Below, one piece after another: positions 10,447 to 20,318 of a DNA stretch of 64,000 bases. Positions within the stretch are counted from its first letter, which is position 1. Each line of letters begins with the position of its first letter. Location of the stretch: assembly GCA_045632525.1 (NCBI GenBank), contig JAZQWV010000046.1, forward strand, positions 574 to 64,573, given 5' to 3'. The stretch is from Candidatus Fimenecus sp. GTDB taxonomy: Bacteria; Bacillota; Clostridia; Oscillospirales; Acutalibacteraceae. The notes under the pieces are model-generated. The model was not told the origin of the DNA, ran no database searches, and saw only the letters and a program-made list of their open reading frames with translations. Both the position numbers and the translations under genes were made by a program.

Positions 10447-10623
10447 ATGTTAGAAATTGTTATAGTTAGTCCAAAAGAGCAATTAGAAGTAGTTAGACAG
10501 TCTATATTAGATTTAGAAACTAGTATAGAACCTAATATGAATAACACACTTTCAAATCAGTTAAAGCAATTCAATCAAATACTTTTTAATATGGAAAAAG
10601 AACTTGACAAGCAAAACTTTTAG
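10447..10623 (+). CDS. small hypothetical protein (58 aa, helical/coiled-coil-like)
   Basis: Own translation MLEIVIVSPKEQLEVVRQSILDLETSIEPNMNNTLSNQLKQFNQILFNMEKELDKQNF. AAAGGAGG RBS. Confidence 0.45.
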   Translation: MLEIVIVSPKEQLEVVRQSILDLETSIEPNMNNTLSNQLKQFNQILFNMEKELDKQNF

Positions 10624-10792
10624 TGTGTTAACTCTAGTTTAACTTATTCACACCTTTAAAAGCGGTTTACAGATGTTTATTTGTCTTTGGCGGAAACCTT
10701 TTCCAAAAAGATAAAAAACAGTTTGTGAGGCTTTATAGCAAAAAGAAAGACGCTCCGTAATATCTGGAGCGTCTTTTACAAATTGTAGTATT

Positions 10793-12157
10793 TTATTTTT
10801 TATTAATCTTCACATCTTTTTCATAGTAGATATGACCACATACTGAACACTTATATTTATTTTCATATACATTTGCAACCGCAGCAACATCAACATTCAT
10901 TTGATAGACATTTTGGTCTCCTAAATTTTTATGATACCCATTTTCTCTAGTTTGTCTTACTTGCCTTTTTTCTCTAATATATGTATCTTCTTGGTTTACC
11001 AAATATCTACCAAGAAATTGAGATGTACCCTTTCGATAACAATGTGGACAAATCTGTTCACCACGTTTACTGCAAAGATATATTATTAACCAACCAATAA
11101 TTGCTAGAATAAGTCCCCAGATGAAAAATGAAAACTGTATCACACACAATGCTAGTAAGCCAATTCCACCTCCAAAAATAATAATACCAATATAGAATAG
11201 AAACTTCTTCATTTTCTTACTATCTTCATAATCTTCTTTTCTTAGCTTAATTGCACGCTCTTCGCTTTCGTCAACTTTAAATAAGTTATCACTCATCACT
11301 CTTTTGTAATTTGGAGTTATATCTAGAAGTTCATCCTCGTAAAGCACTCCCAATTTGTTTAACAAATCGCTAATTTCAGTTTTGCCTACACGATTAATTA
11401 TCTGTTCATTTGCAGATACTAATTGAATTATGGAATCTTCATATATCGTAATAGACTTAATATGGTCAAGAGGTTTTAATGCAATTGCGATTGTATGACG
11501 CAAATTCATAATTTGAGCAATCATTTGTGCGTAATTTACTGCATTATCAAAAGAAACAGTTTTACCACCATCTTTTCTTTCGTTATATATCTCCAAAGCA
11601 TTATTAAGCATTATGTTGGTAAGTTCAAGTGACGAATCACAGATTTCTAGAGTAATTGATTTTTCTGTTTGCTTTTGACATGTTTTAGATATTAAAGACA
11701 CCGTACTATTTATAGCCTTAGTCATTATTTCAACTATTTCTTCAGCTTGTTCGCACGAAAGTTGTAATGCGGTATAGAATTTGCTGTAAAAAGTTGCTTC
11801 CCAACTCGTAGGGTCTTCAAGCAAAATCATGCTATAATATCTTTCAGCATCTTCAATACAATCACTTTCAGCAGAATTTCTTGCTAAAAAATATAATTTT
11901 TCTAATTTGTTAGACATTTGTATAGGCTCATTATTTTGAGGGTCATCAGAAACGATTTCACTATTAGCAGAATAATTATCACTAAAAGATGATATATCTT
12001 CCATTTCTATTGATTGTTCCATAGCAATTTCATTTTCGTTACTTGAAATATTTTCAGTTTTCAAAGATTGTGTGCTTGTAAAAATTTGACATCCACATAA
12101 ATCACAGAATTTTGAACTATCTTTAACTTCGTTCCCACAGTTACAACACTTTTTCAT
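10793..12157 (-). CDS. zinc-ribbon / two-TM / zinc-ribbon protein of unknown function
   Basis: N-terminal CCNCGN..FCDLCGC, a central helical domain, two adjacent TM helices, C-terminal CPHC...CSVCGH. ATG at 12157 follows AGGTGA; the track start is a GTG inside the RBS. Confidence 0.6.
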   Translation of the reverse strand: MKKCCNCGNEVKDSSKFCDLCGCQIFTSTQSLKTENISSNENEIAMEQSIEMEDISSFSDNYSANSEIVSDDPQNNEPIQMSNKLEKLYFLARNSAESDCIEDAERYYSMILLEDPTSWEATFYSKFYTALQLSCEQAEEIVEIMTKAINSTVSLISKTCQKQTEKSITLEICDSSLELTNIMLNNALEIYNERKDGGKTVSFDNAVNYAQMIAQIMNLRHTIAIALKPLDHIKSITIYEDSIIQLVSANEQIINRVGKTEISDLLNKLGVLYEDELLDITPNYKRVMSDNLFKVDESEERAIKLRKEDYEDSKKMKKFLFYIGIIIFGGGIGLLALCVIQFSFFIWGLILAIIGWLIIYLCSKRGEQICPHCYRKGTSQFLGRYLVNQEDTYIREKRQVRQTRENGYHKNLGDQNVYQMNVDVAAVANVYENKYKCSVCGHIYYEKDVKINKK

Positions 12158-12316
12158 TTTAATCACCTATATTTTTTATTTTATCCGACAGTCGAATATT
12201 GTCATTTTTGATTATATCATCTCTCAGTCATATTTGCAAGGTGATTTTACTTGCAATTTTGCTCATATTATTTTAGATGAATTTATAATATAATTTTACT
12301 TGCAGAGGTGACATAT

Positions 12317-12484
12317 ATGTTTGAGATTAAAAAACCACAAAGTTCAAATAAAACTATTAGAATGCCAGACACTTTAATTGACAAAATGCAAAAAATCGCA
12401 GATAGTAATAACATCTCATTTAATCAATTAGTTGTGCAATGTTGCGAATATGCACTAGAAAATATGTCACATTCAGATAATTAG
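12317..12484 (+). CDS. ribbon-helix-helix (CopG/Arc-like) protein, 55 aa
   Basis: Own translation MFEIKKPQSSNKTIRMPDTLIDKMQKIADSNNISFNQLVVQCCEYALENMSHSDN. GAGGTGA RBS. Confidence 0.5.
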   Translation: MFEIKKPQSSNKTIRMPDTLIDKMQKIADSNNISFNQLVVQCCEYALENMSHSDN

Positions 12485-12629
12485 TTGGGATGTTTTCCCT
12501 CTTTTTTCCCTTCACGTAAATTAACGTAGATTTTCATATATTAAAATATACGAACGGAAAATTGTTGTAAATTGAATTACATGGAGATAGATTTGCACTA
12601 ACTAAAATTGGTAATTTGAGCAAGTCCGC

Positions 12630-12678
12630 GCTCATAACCCGAAGGTCGTTGGTTCAAGTCCTTCCTCCGCAACCAGAA
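12630..12678 (+). repeat. attR of island 1 (orphan tRNA-fMet 3' half)
   Basis: Repeat of 5470..5518. The upstream sequence cannot complete the anticodon stem, so it is a remnant. Confidence 0.85.
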
Positions 12679-12685
12679 AAAGGGG

Positions 12686-12717
12686 AAACACTCATCGCAA
12701 GATGGGTGTTTTTCTTT
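12686..12717 (+). terminator. rho-independent terminator after the displaced tRNA 3' end
   Basis: AAACACTCATC-gcaa-GATGGGTGTTT plus a T-run. Confidence 0.6.
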
Positions 12718-12812
12718 TGCTATGTTATGTTGATTTCAAGTGGATATATGTTATAATACACTTAGTAACTTTAAAATTCTTGCAGTACTCAAAATAAAAG
12801 GAGAAGATTATA

Positions 12813-13580
12813 ATGAAAATATGGCAAAAAATAGCAAAAATAATTATAGCCTTATTAACATCGGTAGTTATCGTCGCACTAATCTTCTCTAGTTATAATT
12901 ACATAAAAATAAAGCATGTCGTTTTGCCTGAAGGTTTTACTGTTACGGCTCACACAGGTTGTGAGGAGACTGAGGATAACTCTCTTGATTCAATAAGAAA
13001 AGGCTATGAAAGTGGTGCTGATATAGTTGAATTTGACCTTAATTTTACATCCAACGGTGAAGCAGTGCTTTCACACGATGAACCTCATAGCGGCTGTGTT
13101 ACTCTTGACGAAGCCTTTGCTTTAATAGCAGAGCTTACTAACCTTAAGGTTAATGTTGATTGTAAAAGTGTAGCTAATCTTAAAGTCGTTACAGAGATTG
13201 CCCAAAAGCACGGTATAAGCGACAGGATTTTTTATACCGGCATAGGGGAAGAGGATATAAAAGCGGTCAAGGAGCAGACTCCTGATGTTGCTTATTGGCT
13301 CAATTTCGATGTTTATGTAGAAAAAAATACTGATGAGGAGTATCTTATTTCACTTGCAAAGAAAACTCGTGAAGTTGGTGCAGTGGGAATCAATATAAAC
13401 TATAAAACTTGCTCAAAACAGCTTGTTGACGTCTTTCACCGCGAAGGTCTTCTCGTTTCAATCTGGACCGTCAACAAAAAAATTGATATGGCAAAAACAC
13501 TTCCTTTCTGTGCTGACAATATTACTACACGCAATCCTTCTAAACTCGTAGAAATCGTTGAGTTGAATAAGGGAAACTAA
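12813..13580 (+). CDS. glycerophosphodiester phosphodiesterase family protein, membrane anchored
   Basis: N-terminal TM. HTGCEETEDNSLDSIRKGYESGADIVEFDL...LSHD (GDPD pattern). Confidence 0.8.
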   Translation: MKIWQKIAKIIIALLTSVVIVALIFSSYNYIKIKHVVLPEGFTVTAHTGCEETEDNSLDSIRKGYESGADIVEFDLNFTSNGEAVLSHDEPHSGCVTLDEAFALIAELTNLKVNVDCKSVANLKVVTEIAQKHGISDRIFYTGIGEEDIKAVKEQTPDVAYWLNFDVYVEKNTDEEYLISLAKKTREVGAVGININYKTCSKQLVDVFHREGLLVSIWTVNKKIDMAKTLPFCADNITTRNPSKLVEIVELNKGN

Positions 13581-13682
13581 TAAAGACAAAGGTCGGTTAT
13601 TTTTATTGATTTTCAAGGTGCAGCATGTTATGATTTAACAATAAAATTTTATATAAGAAAATGCTTAAAAGGGTGATAAAGA

Positions 13683-14441
13683 ATGCTTGAAAAAATAACT
13701 GAAATAGTAAAAGAAGCAGGAAAGATAGTTCTTTCTGCACATAATCAAGAAAATACTATAACAGCCAAAGAAGGTAAGAAAAATTTTGTAACAAAGTACG
13801 ATGTTGCTGTACAGGAATTCTTATTTAGAGAACTTGGCAAGGACTTTCCTGATGTTGCATTTGTCGGTGAGGAAGGGGAAAAAGACCTTTCAACCAATGG
13901 TTTGCGTTTTATAATTGACCCGATTGATGGTACTACAAACTTTATGCAAGACTATCGTTGCAGTTGCATTTCTGTTGGACTTTGCAATGGTAATGATGTT
14001 GTTGCAGGCGTTGTATATAACCCTTATACCGACGAACTCTTTAGTGCTGAAAAAGGCAAGGGTGCATACCTGAATGGAAACAGAATAAAAGTGAGTGAAC
14101 GCCCACTTTCAGACGGACTTGCTCTTTTTGGAACTTCTCCATATCACCCTGAAAATACAGATGAAACCTTTGCTCTTTTAAGAAAGGTTTTCGATTTTTC
14201 TCGTGATATTCGTAGAAGTGGTTCGGCGGCTTTCGATATCTGCACAGTTGCTTGTGGCAGATGCGAGGTGTTTTTCGAGAAAGGCTTGCAGCCTTGGGAT
14301 ATTGCCGCAGGAACTTTAATCTTAAAAGAAGCCGGAGGCATTGCATTGAACTATCAAGGAAGAGATATTAGTTTTTCTACACCTAATGATGTTGTTTTTG
14401 CTAACCCTAAAGCATACAAAGAATTTATAACCTTGCTTTAA
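13683..14441 (+). CDS. suhB: inositol monophosphatase family protein
   Basis: FVGEEG, IIDPIDGTTNF, WDIAAG motifs. Confidence 0.85.
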   Translation: MLEKITEIVKEAGKIVLSAHNQENTITAKEGKKNFVTKYDVAVQEFLFRELGKDFPDVAFVGEEGEKDLSTNGLRFIIDPIDGTTNFMQDYRCSCISVGLCNGNDVVAGVVYNPYTDELFSAEKGKGAYLNGNRIKVSERPLSDGLALFGTSPYHPENTDETFALLRKVFDFSRDIRRSGSAAFDICTVACGRCEVFFEKGLQPWDIAAGTLILKEAGGIALNYQGRDISFSTPNDVVFANPKAYKEFITLL

Positions 14442-14475
14442 AATTCTTTTAAATAAACGAAGTGTATAAAGAAAT

Positions 14476-14517
14476 AAGCGTTGCATTTGGGATTATGTTG
14501 TCCCTTTTGCAACGCTT
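14476..14517. terminator. bidirectional stem-loop between convergent genes
   Basis: AAGCGTTGCA...TGCAACGCTT with inner GGGA/TCCC. Confidence 0.5.
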
Positions 14518-14523
14518 AAATTT

Positions 14524-15789
14524 TTATTTATAATCTGGATATGTTACTGTTCTGCCTGTGATAAACTCAACTATTGATTGATAAATTTCAGTGAATATTT
14601 TTTGTGTTCTGCCTTTAACAGCAAGTTCGTAAGAGATTTTCTTTGAATATTTATCTCCACTTTCCTTTTGTGCCTTCGCATAGTCATGGTCAAACACATC
14701 ATAAAGACGTTCAACTCTTGTTGTATATTTTGAAGTATCGTTTTCATCAATTTCCACCACACGATAACCATACTGAGTTGTGTATGCCAAGCCTTTATAT
14801 CGTGTCATTGGTGAAGTGAAAATATCAATATTTTGGTTTCTTACACCAAATGCGTTTGTGTGGTCGTGACCTGTGAACATTGCAAGCACATCACCGGTTT
14901 CAACCAAGGCATCAAACTGACCGTCGTTGTAATATCCTGGGCAAGGGTATTCGTTGAGTGTACCATAGTTTGTCTGTTCAGGGTCAAACATATAGTATTC
15001 GTTTTCGTTGTAAAGATGTTTTTCTGAAAAGAGTTTCTTTGAATCAACCTTTTTAAGAACATCATAAATTTCAGGAACAATAATATGCTGGAAAACAACT
15101 GAGTTGACAGTTTCGCCACCGTTTTCTTCTTTAAGTTTTGCAGAAGTTTCTTTATACCACTCAATTTGTTCAGTTCTTACTCTATCATAATGTCTTGGCT
15201 CATCTTCATCATAATCGCCCGAGTCAAACACCCAAAGATTGAATTTTACCTTGTCACTATCAGAAGCCAAAACAGGAATATTGAATGTTGCGCAGTTTTT
15301 GAATGTTTCTTCATCACCTGCAGATATTACACAAGAGAATGTCTTATAATATTCCATAATATCTTTTCTTGACATTGGTCCTTCTTCTGAATCGTGATTA
15401 CCAAAGGTTACAGCAACAGGAATATTTCTTGATTCAAAGATATTCATAAGTGCATTAATAAGTTTCTTTGTTTCTTCTTCTGTCTCGTAAGGCTTTGTGT
15501 TATCACCTGTAAGCACAACAAGGTCAGGCTTTTCAACATCACAAGCGTTAGCAATAACCCATATTGACGAATCAAAATACTTATCATTAGCAAGATGTGT
15601 GTCGGCAATATGTAATATTTTAAGTTTGCCATTAGAATCAAATCTTATTGTTGTATCCGTTGTTTTATTTGAATCTGCAGGTGCATAGTTAATATCTGTA
15701 TTTTCAGGTTCAATTTGAAAATAAATTATTCCCGCCACAAGATTAACAATACATATTGCTAACGCAATAAGAATTATTTTTTTCAACAT
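14524..15789 (-). CDS. membrane-anchored metallophosphoesterase
   Basis: ILHIADTHL, LTGDN, GNHD, TGHDH motifs. N-terminal TM. Confidence 0.8.
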   Translation of the reverse strand: MLKKIILIALAICIVNLVAGIIYFQIEPENTDINYAPADSNKTTDTTIRFDSNGKLKILHIADTHLANDKYFDSSIWVIANACDVEKPDLVVLTGDNTKPYETEEETKKLINALMNIFESRNIPVAVTFGNHDSEEGPMSRKDIMEYYKTFSCVISAGDEETFKNCATFNIPVLASDSDKVKFNLWVFDSGDYDEDEPRHYDRVRTEQIEWYKETSAKLKEENGGETVNSVVFQHIIVPEIYDVLKKVDSKKLFSEKHLYNENEYYMFDPEQTNYGTLNEYPCPGYYNDGQFDALVETGDVLAMFTGHDHTNAFGVRNQNIDIFTSPMTRYKGLAYTTQYGYRVVEIDENDTSKYTTRVERLYDVFDHDYAKAQKESGDKYSKKISYELAVKGRTQKIFTEIYQSIVEFITGRTVTYPDYK

Positions 15790-15805
15790 TTTAACATCTC
15801 CTAAT

Positions 15806-17686
15806 TTATTTTTTTACTCTATAAATGTTCACTTCATACGCACGAAGCTTATCTGCAGATGTAGAATAATTTGAAAGTAAACATTCTCCTTCTATAGAAA
15901 CAGGTCTTTCAATAATATTTTCCGTGAGATTCATCTCAATATAGAATTTGCTTTCAGCACTTTCTCTGTAAAAGCAGAATGTTTCATCATTTGTTTCAAT
16001 TGGTTTGAAATCACCATAAACAAGGGTTGACTTGTTTGCTTTACGAATAGACATAAGGGATTTATAGTAATTAAAAGTACTTGTTGAATCTTCAAACTGT
16101 ACTTTTGCATTGCATTCTTTATAGTCACCATTGACTCTAATCCAAGGCACACCTGTTGTAAACCCTGCATTTTCGTTATCATCCCAACAGATAGGAGTTC
16201 TTGCGTTATCTCTTCCACCCGCTAGAATTTCTGCAAAAACTTCTTGAGGGTTTCTGCCTATTTCAATATTTTCGTTATATCTGTTGATTGCCTCAACATC
16301 ACGAATTTCACTCATATTATTGAAATTACAGTTAATCATACCCAATTCCTGACCTTGGTAAATATATGGCGTACCACGAGTGGTCAGCACCATTGTACCG
16401 AGGAGTTTAGAAAGTGGTTTTCTGAACTTGGGGTCAGGATTAACCTTTGAAACCATTCGTGGATTATCGTGATTTTCAATAACGAGTGATGGCCATGACG
16501 AGCCACAAAGTGAAAGTTGATATTTTATAAAAGCCTCTTTCAAGTATTTAAGCTCATATTTATAATCTTGATATTTTTGTTTACCTGGATTCTCGATATG
16601 GTCAAAAAGAAATGCCTGACGAACTTCTTGTCGTGAATCATCTGAAATAAGTTTAACCATTTCAATGCCTGTACTACAAGGTTCTGCAACACAAAAACTT
16701 TCAGGAAATTTCTTGAAAGACCTTTCATTAAGTTCTTTAAGATATTCATGAAGTCTTGGACCCCACGAATAGTGCTCAGCACCACAACCGAAGAGTTTGC
16801 CAATGTGTGGATTGCCATCAGGAAGACTTGGGACCTTTGAAATAAGGGTGATAACATCCATTCTGAATCCATCAACACCTTTTTCGAGCCACCAAGAAAC
16901 CATATCATAGATTTCTTTTCTGAGTTCAGGATTTTCCCAGTTCAAATCCATTTGTTTTGATGAGAAAAGGTGTAAAGCCCATTCGTCCAATTCAGGATAA
17001 TAATTCCACGCAGAGCCGGAAAAAAATGATGTCCAGTTATTCGGTGGAGAACCATCTCCCTTACCTTTACGGAAAATGTAATAATCCTTGTGTTTTTTGT
17101 CGCCTGTCAATGCTTTCTGGAACCACTCATGTTCGTCAGATGTATGATTTACAACCAAATCCATAACGAGCTTCATTTCACGCTTATGAATTTCTTCGAG
17201 CATCAAATCAAAGTCTGCCATCGTTCCGAATTCGGTCATAATTTTACGATAATCACAGATATCATAACCCATATCGTCATTAGGTGAATCATAAATCGGA
17301 CTAAGCCAAAGCACATCAACACCTAAATCTTTAAGATAATCAAGTTTTGAGATAATACCCTGTAAATCACCGATACCATCACCATTCGAGTCCATAAATG
17401 AACGAGGATAAATCTGATAGATAACAGACTCTTTCCACCATTTAGGGTCAACCTCTTTTTTAGCAATAACCTTTTCGGTCGTTAAATTCATAAGGCTAAC
17501 AATTTGTTCTATTTCGGAAATAGAAAGCTTATCACCCAAGAGTTCAACAATAGTTTTTTCTCTGTATAAAGGGTTTTCCAATATATCATTTGAAAGATTA
17601 TTACGATAAACCACCATTTGCGCAATATCATAACCTACAGGGTTATTAAGCACATCACTCAAGGTGCTCATAGGAGTAATTTTCAT
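15806..17686 (-). CDS. GH13 alpha-glucosidase / oligo-1,6-glucosidase type enzyme with ~80-aa N-terminal extension
   Basis: WWKESVIYQIYPRSF..DSNGDGIGDL..GVDVLWLSPIY, GFRMDV, NHD. Start set to ATG 17686, because the track start is a TTG inside the upstream terminator. Confidence 0.85.
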   Translation of the reverse strand: MKITPMSTLSDVLNNPVGYDIAQMVVYRNNLSNDILENPLYREKTIVELLGDKLSISEIEQIVSLMNLTTEKVIAKKEVDPKWWKESVIYQIYPRSFMDSNGDGIGDLQGIISKLDYLKDLGVDVLWLSPIYDSPNDDMGYDICDYRKIMTEFGTMADFDLMLEEIHKREMKLVMDLVVNHTSDEHEWFQKALTGDKKHKDYYIFRKGKGDGSPPNNWTSFFSGSAWNYYPELDEWALHLFSSKQMDLNWENPELRKEIYDMVSWWLEKGVDGFRMDVITLISKVPSLPDGNPHIGKLFGCGAEHYSWGPRLHEYLKELNERSFKKFPESFCVAEPCSTGIEMVKLISDDSRQEVRQAFLFDHIENPGKQKYQDYKYELKYLKEAFIKYQLSLCGSSWPSLVIENHDNPRMVSKVNPDPKFRKPLSKLLGTMVLTTRGTPYIYQGQELGMINCNFNNMSEIRDVEAINRYNENIEIGRNPQEVFAEILAGGRDNARTPICWDDNENAGFTTGVPWIRVNGDYKECNAKVQFEDSTSTFNYYKSLMSIRKANKSTLVYGDFKPIETNDETFCFYRESAESKFYIEMNLTENIIERPVSIEGECLLSNYSTSADKLRAYEVNIYRVKK

Positions 17687-17701
17687 AAAATTTTCCTTTT
17701 C

Positions 17702-17728
17702 AAAAAAGCCTTGTAGTATCACAAGGCT
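17702..17728 (-). terminator. rho-independent terminator after the beta-helix gene
   Basis: AGCCTTGT-loop-ACAAGGCT followed by a T-run on the minus strand. Confidence 0.6.
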
Positions 17729-17744
17729 TTTGCTAAATTTCAAA

Positions 17745-18671
17745 TTAATCGTCTAAGTTTGTTATTTTACCAATAAAAACATTTGACTCTGTCAACAACT
17801 CATCAGATTTTTGATTTTCAAATATAATTCCATAATTCGTCGAATTGGTGTTTTCAGGTGCAATAAAGACATTTTTCTTTATTTTCACATCATAAACCAT
17901 AGGTCTGAAAATTATGTAACCTCTACTTTTATCATACAACCCTGATTTGCCATCAAAAATATTATTTTCAATCAATATATTATGGTGCCCACAATCTCCG
18001 TGATGACCTATGGCAGGAAAACCTGCACACTTGAAAATATTGTTTGAGATTACAATATTATGGCATACTGTATCATCTTTGCAAAAGTCAATCAACTCAC
18101 CATCACAGTTATAAACAGGGCCATAACTACCTTCATGTGCAAGGTCAAGCTGAATTTGCTCATTAAGAAGATTTTCAGGAATTAAGGTGTATGAAGGTCC
18201 GTCAAACACGCAATTGTCTATAACAGCATTTTCGGTTGAATTAATTTCAATCATATGCCACATTGAGCAATTGCGGAATTTACAACCGGCAATGCGTATG
18301 TTACGACAATGTACTGTATTAACAAGAGTTGATTTTTTCGTCAAATCAGCATTACCATCAAAGATACCACCTGAAATTACAACATCGTGCGTACCTTCAT
18401 AGCCGCTCCATTGTGGTTCTGAATAAGATGCAAGAAGATATCTTGTTACAGGGTTACTTTCATTACTGCGTAAAATCACAGCATTGTCAGATAACTTAAA
18501 AATCTGATTTGAGTAGAAAATAAGTGTTGAAGAAACAAGATAAGTGCCGTCAGGAAAGTATATTGTGCCTCCGTCTTTCACTTTGTCAATACATTCTTGC
18601 AATGCTTTGGTGTCGTCATGGACACCATCAGCAAAAACGTTTTCGTTATCAGTAACCTTTACAAATTTCAC
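17745..18671 (-). CDS. right-handed beta-helix protein (pectate-lyase-3 / GH28-related)
   Basis: ADGVHDDTKALQECIDKVKDGGTIYFPDGTYLVSS N-terminal signature and repetitive N/I/G-rich coils. Confidence 0.7.
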   Translation of the reverse strand: MKFVKVTDNENVFADGVHDDTKALQECIDKVKDGGTIYFPDGTYLVSSTLIFYSNQIFKLSDNAVILRSNESNPVTRYLLASYSEPQWSGYEGTHDVVISGGIFDGNADLTKKSTLVNTVHCRNIRIAGCKFRNCSMWHMIEINSTENAVIDNCVFDGPSYTLIPENLLNEQIQLDLAHEGSYGPVYNCDGELIDFCKDDTVCHNIVISNNIFKCAGFPAIGHHGDCGHHNILIENNIFDGKSGLYDKSRGYIIFRPMVYDVKIKKNVFIAPENTNSTNYGIIFENQKSDELLTESNVFIGKITNLDD

Positions 18672-18697
18672 AACGCATTTCCTCTTTTAAATAATTA

Positions 18698-20194
18698 TTA
18701 AGCAGTTTCATTTTCTGCGTGGCGTTTTTCACGCATTTCTGCAAGTTCACGATACATCTGTTCTTTCTTTTCACCCTCAATATCATAAGATGTTTTAAGG
18801 ATGATTGCTTTAAGAACATTTGCAAGAGTATAACCGAAGAGAAGGAATGCGAGGATTTTAAGACAAGTGTCAAGATATGTAGGTTGAGCCTGCATTGTTT
18901 TAACAAGGTCACCTTCAACAGAAGACATATAACCTGCCCAAGCAATCATATATGGAACTGCAAGGTCTCTTAAATAAATGCAAGCAGAGTTAACCCAACC
19001 AGGAACAATACCCTGAATTGCTTCAATTCTTTCACCGGTCTGCCATTCAAGATAATCATAGAATTCAACATCGAAATGAGATTTTGAAAGTTCCTGAATA
19101 CCAATGCCGATACCGAAAATGAAATAAAATATATAGAAGAAAATACTGTTCCAGCCTTCAAAGAATTTGATACCCATTTTTGCCTCTACAAAACAGATGC
19201 CGAAAAGCACGAATGAAGCAACAGGTGAATAGATACCACAGAATTTGAGAAGCTTTGTTGGCTCATATTTCTTTGAAAGTTTTGTAGTGATAAGATTACC
19301 AACTACAGTGCCGACAGCTGTAGGAAGTGTAAGCAGAAGATTTTTTGATGAACCAACTGTAATTGCTGCGAGATATGTAGACATTTTGCCAAGCATTGCA
19401 AAAGCATTAACCCACTGCATCGCGTGGAAAGCACGGTAATTTTTGTACTTGAAAAGAGTGAACATTGCCTTTGATACTTTTACCTTTGGCTTCTTTGGAA
19501 GCTCGATTCTTTCTTTACAGAAGATACCGCACATAAGGTTGCCGAAAGCAGTAACAGAAGCAGCAACAATTGCAAGAGTCATATACATCTGGTTCTTGTC
19601 GTCGCTGAAAAGTCCGTAAACAAATGTGCCAATATATGCTCCGCCGTATCCGATATAATATGATAACTGCCAAATTGTAGCAACTGTTTTCTTTTCTTTG
19701 TGGTTAGGTGAAATAACCTGAACAAGATTCTGGCTATGTACATTAAAGACATTGAATGCTGCTTGACAGCAAGCTATACCATAGCGAAGAATATTCATCT
19801 GTTGAATTGACCAACCTTGTGGAACATAGAAATAGAGAACTGTAAGCAAGAATGTGGGAATAAGACAGATAAAATACCAGTGACGGTATCTGCCAAGACT
19901 TGTTTTCCAGTTCTGTACTATAAAGCCACCGATAATTCCAAAAAGTATACCACAAATGGTAGTAAGAGTTGTCTGAACAGCAAGAATACTTGCAATGCCG
20001 TCAGCATCAACACCGGCAGGGCCATAATAAAGCTCATGCAGGAACGCTGCTGCAAGTGAGCCCGTAAGAGTTGTTCCGAACATACCTCCGGCACGAGATA
20101 GCAACACACAGAAATACTCAAATTTTGATATGTACTTTCCCTCTGTAGTTAAAAGAGTGTTTTCTTGAGCCTTTATTGCAGTTTTTGACATCAT
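18698..20194 (-). CDS. GPH/MFS-type glycoside cation symporter
   Basis: About 12 TM, MelB/GPH-like length and layout, located between glycosidase genes. Confidence 0.7.
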   Translation of the reverse strand: MMSKTAIKAQENTLLTTEGKYISKFEYFCVLLSRAGGMFGTTLTGSLAAAFLHELYYGPAGVDADGIASILAVQTTLTTICGILFGIIGGFIVQNWKTSLGRYRHWYFICLIPTFLLTVLYFYVPQGWSIQQMNILRYGIACCQAAFNVFNVHSQNLVQVISPNHKEKKTVATIWQLSYYIGYGGAYIGTFVYGLFSDDKNQMYMTLAIVAASVTAFGNLMCGIFCKERIELPKKPKVKVSKAMFTLFKYKNYRAFHAMQWVNAFAMLGKMSTYLAAITVGSSKNLLLTLPTAVGTVVGNLITTKLSKKYEPTKLLKFCGIYSPVASFVLFGICFVEAKMGIKFFEGWNSIFFYIFYFIFGIGIGIQELSKSHFDVEFYDYLEWQTGERIEAIQGIVPGWVNSACIYLRDLAVPYMIAWAGYMSSVEGDLVKTMQAQPTYLDTCLKILAFLLFGYTLANVLKAIILKTSYDIEGEKKEQMYRELAEMREKRHAENETA

Positions 20195-20318
20195 ATCATC
20201 TCCTGAAGTTATTTAATTAATTGTAACACATTTTTTTATTAAAGACCATATATTAAGAACACAAATAATGACAATAGTATTTGTGCAAATGCTACATTAA
20301 AACATAAAGTTTTATAAT

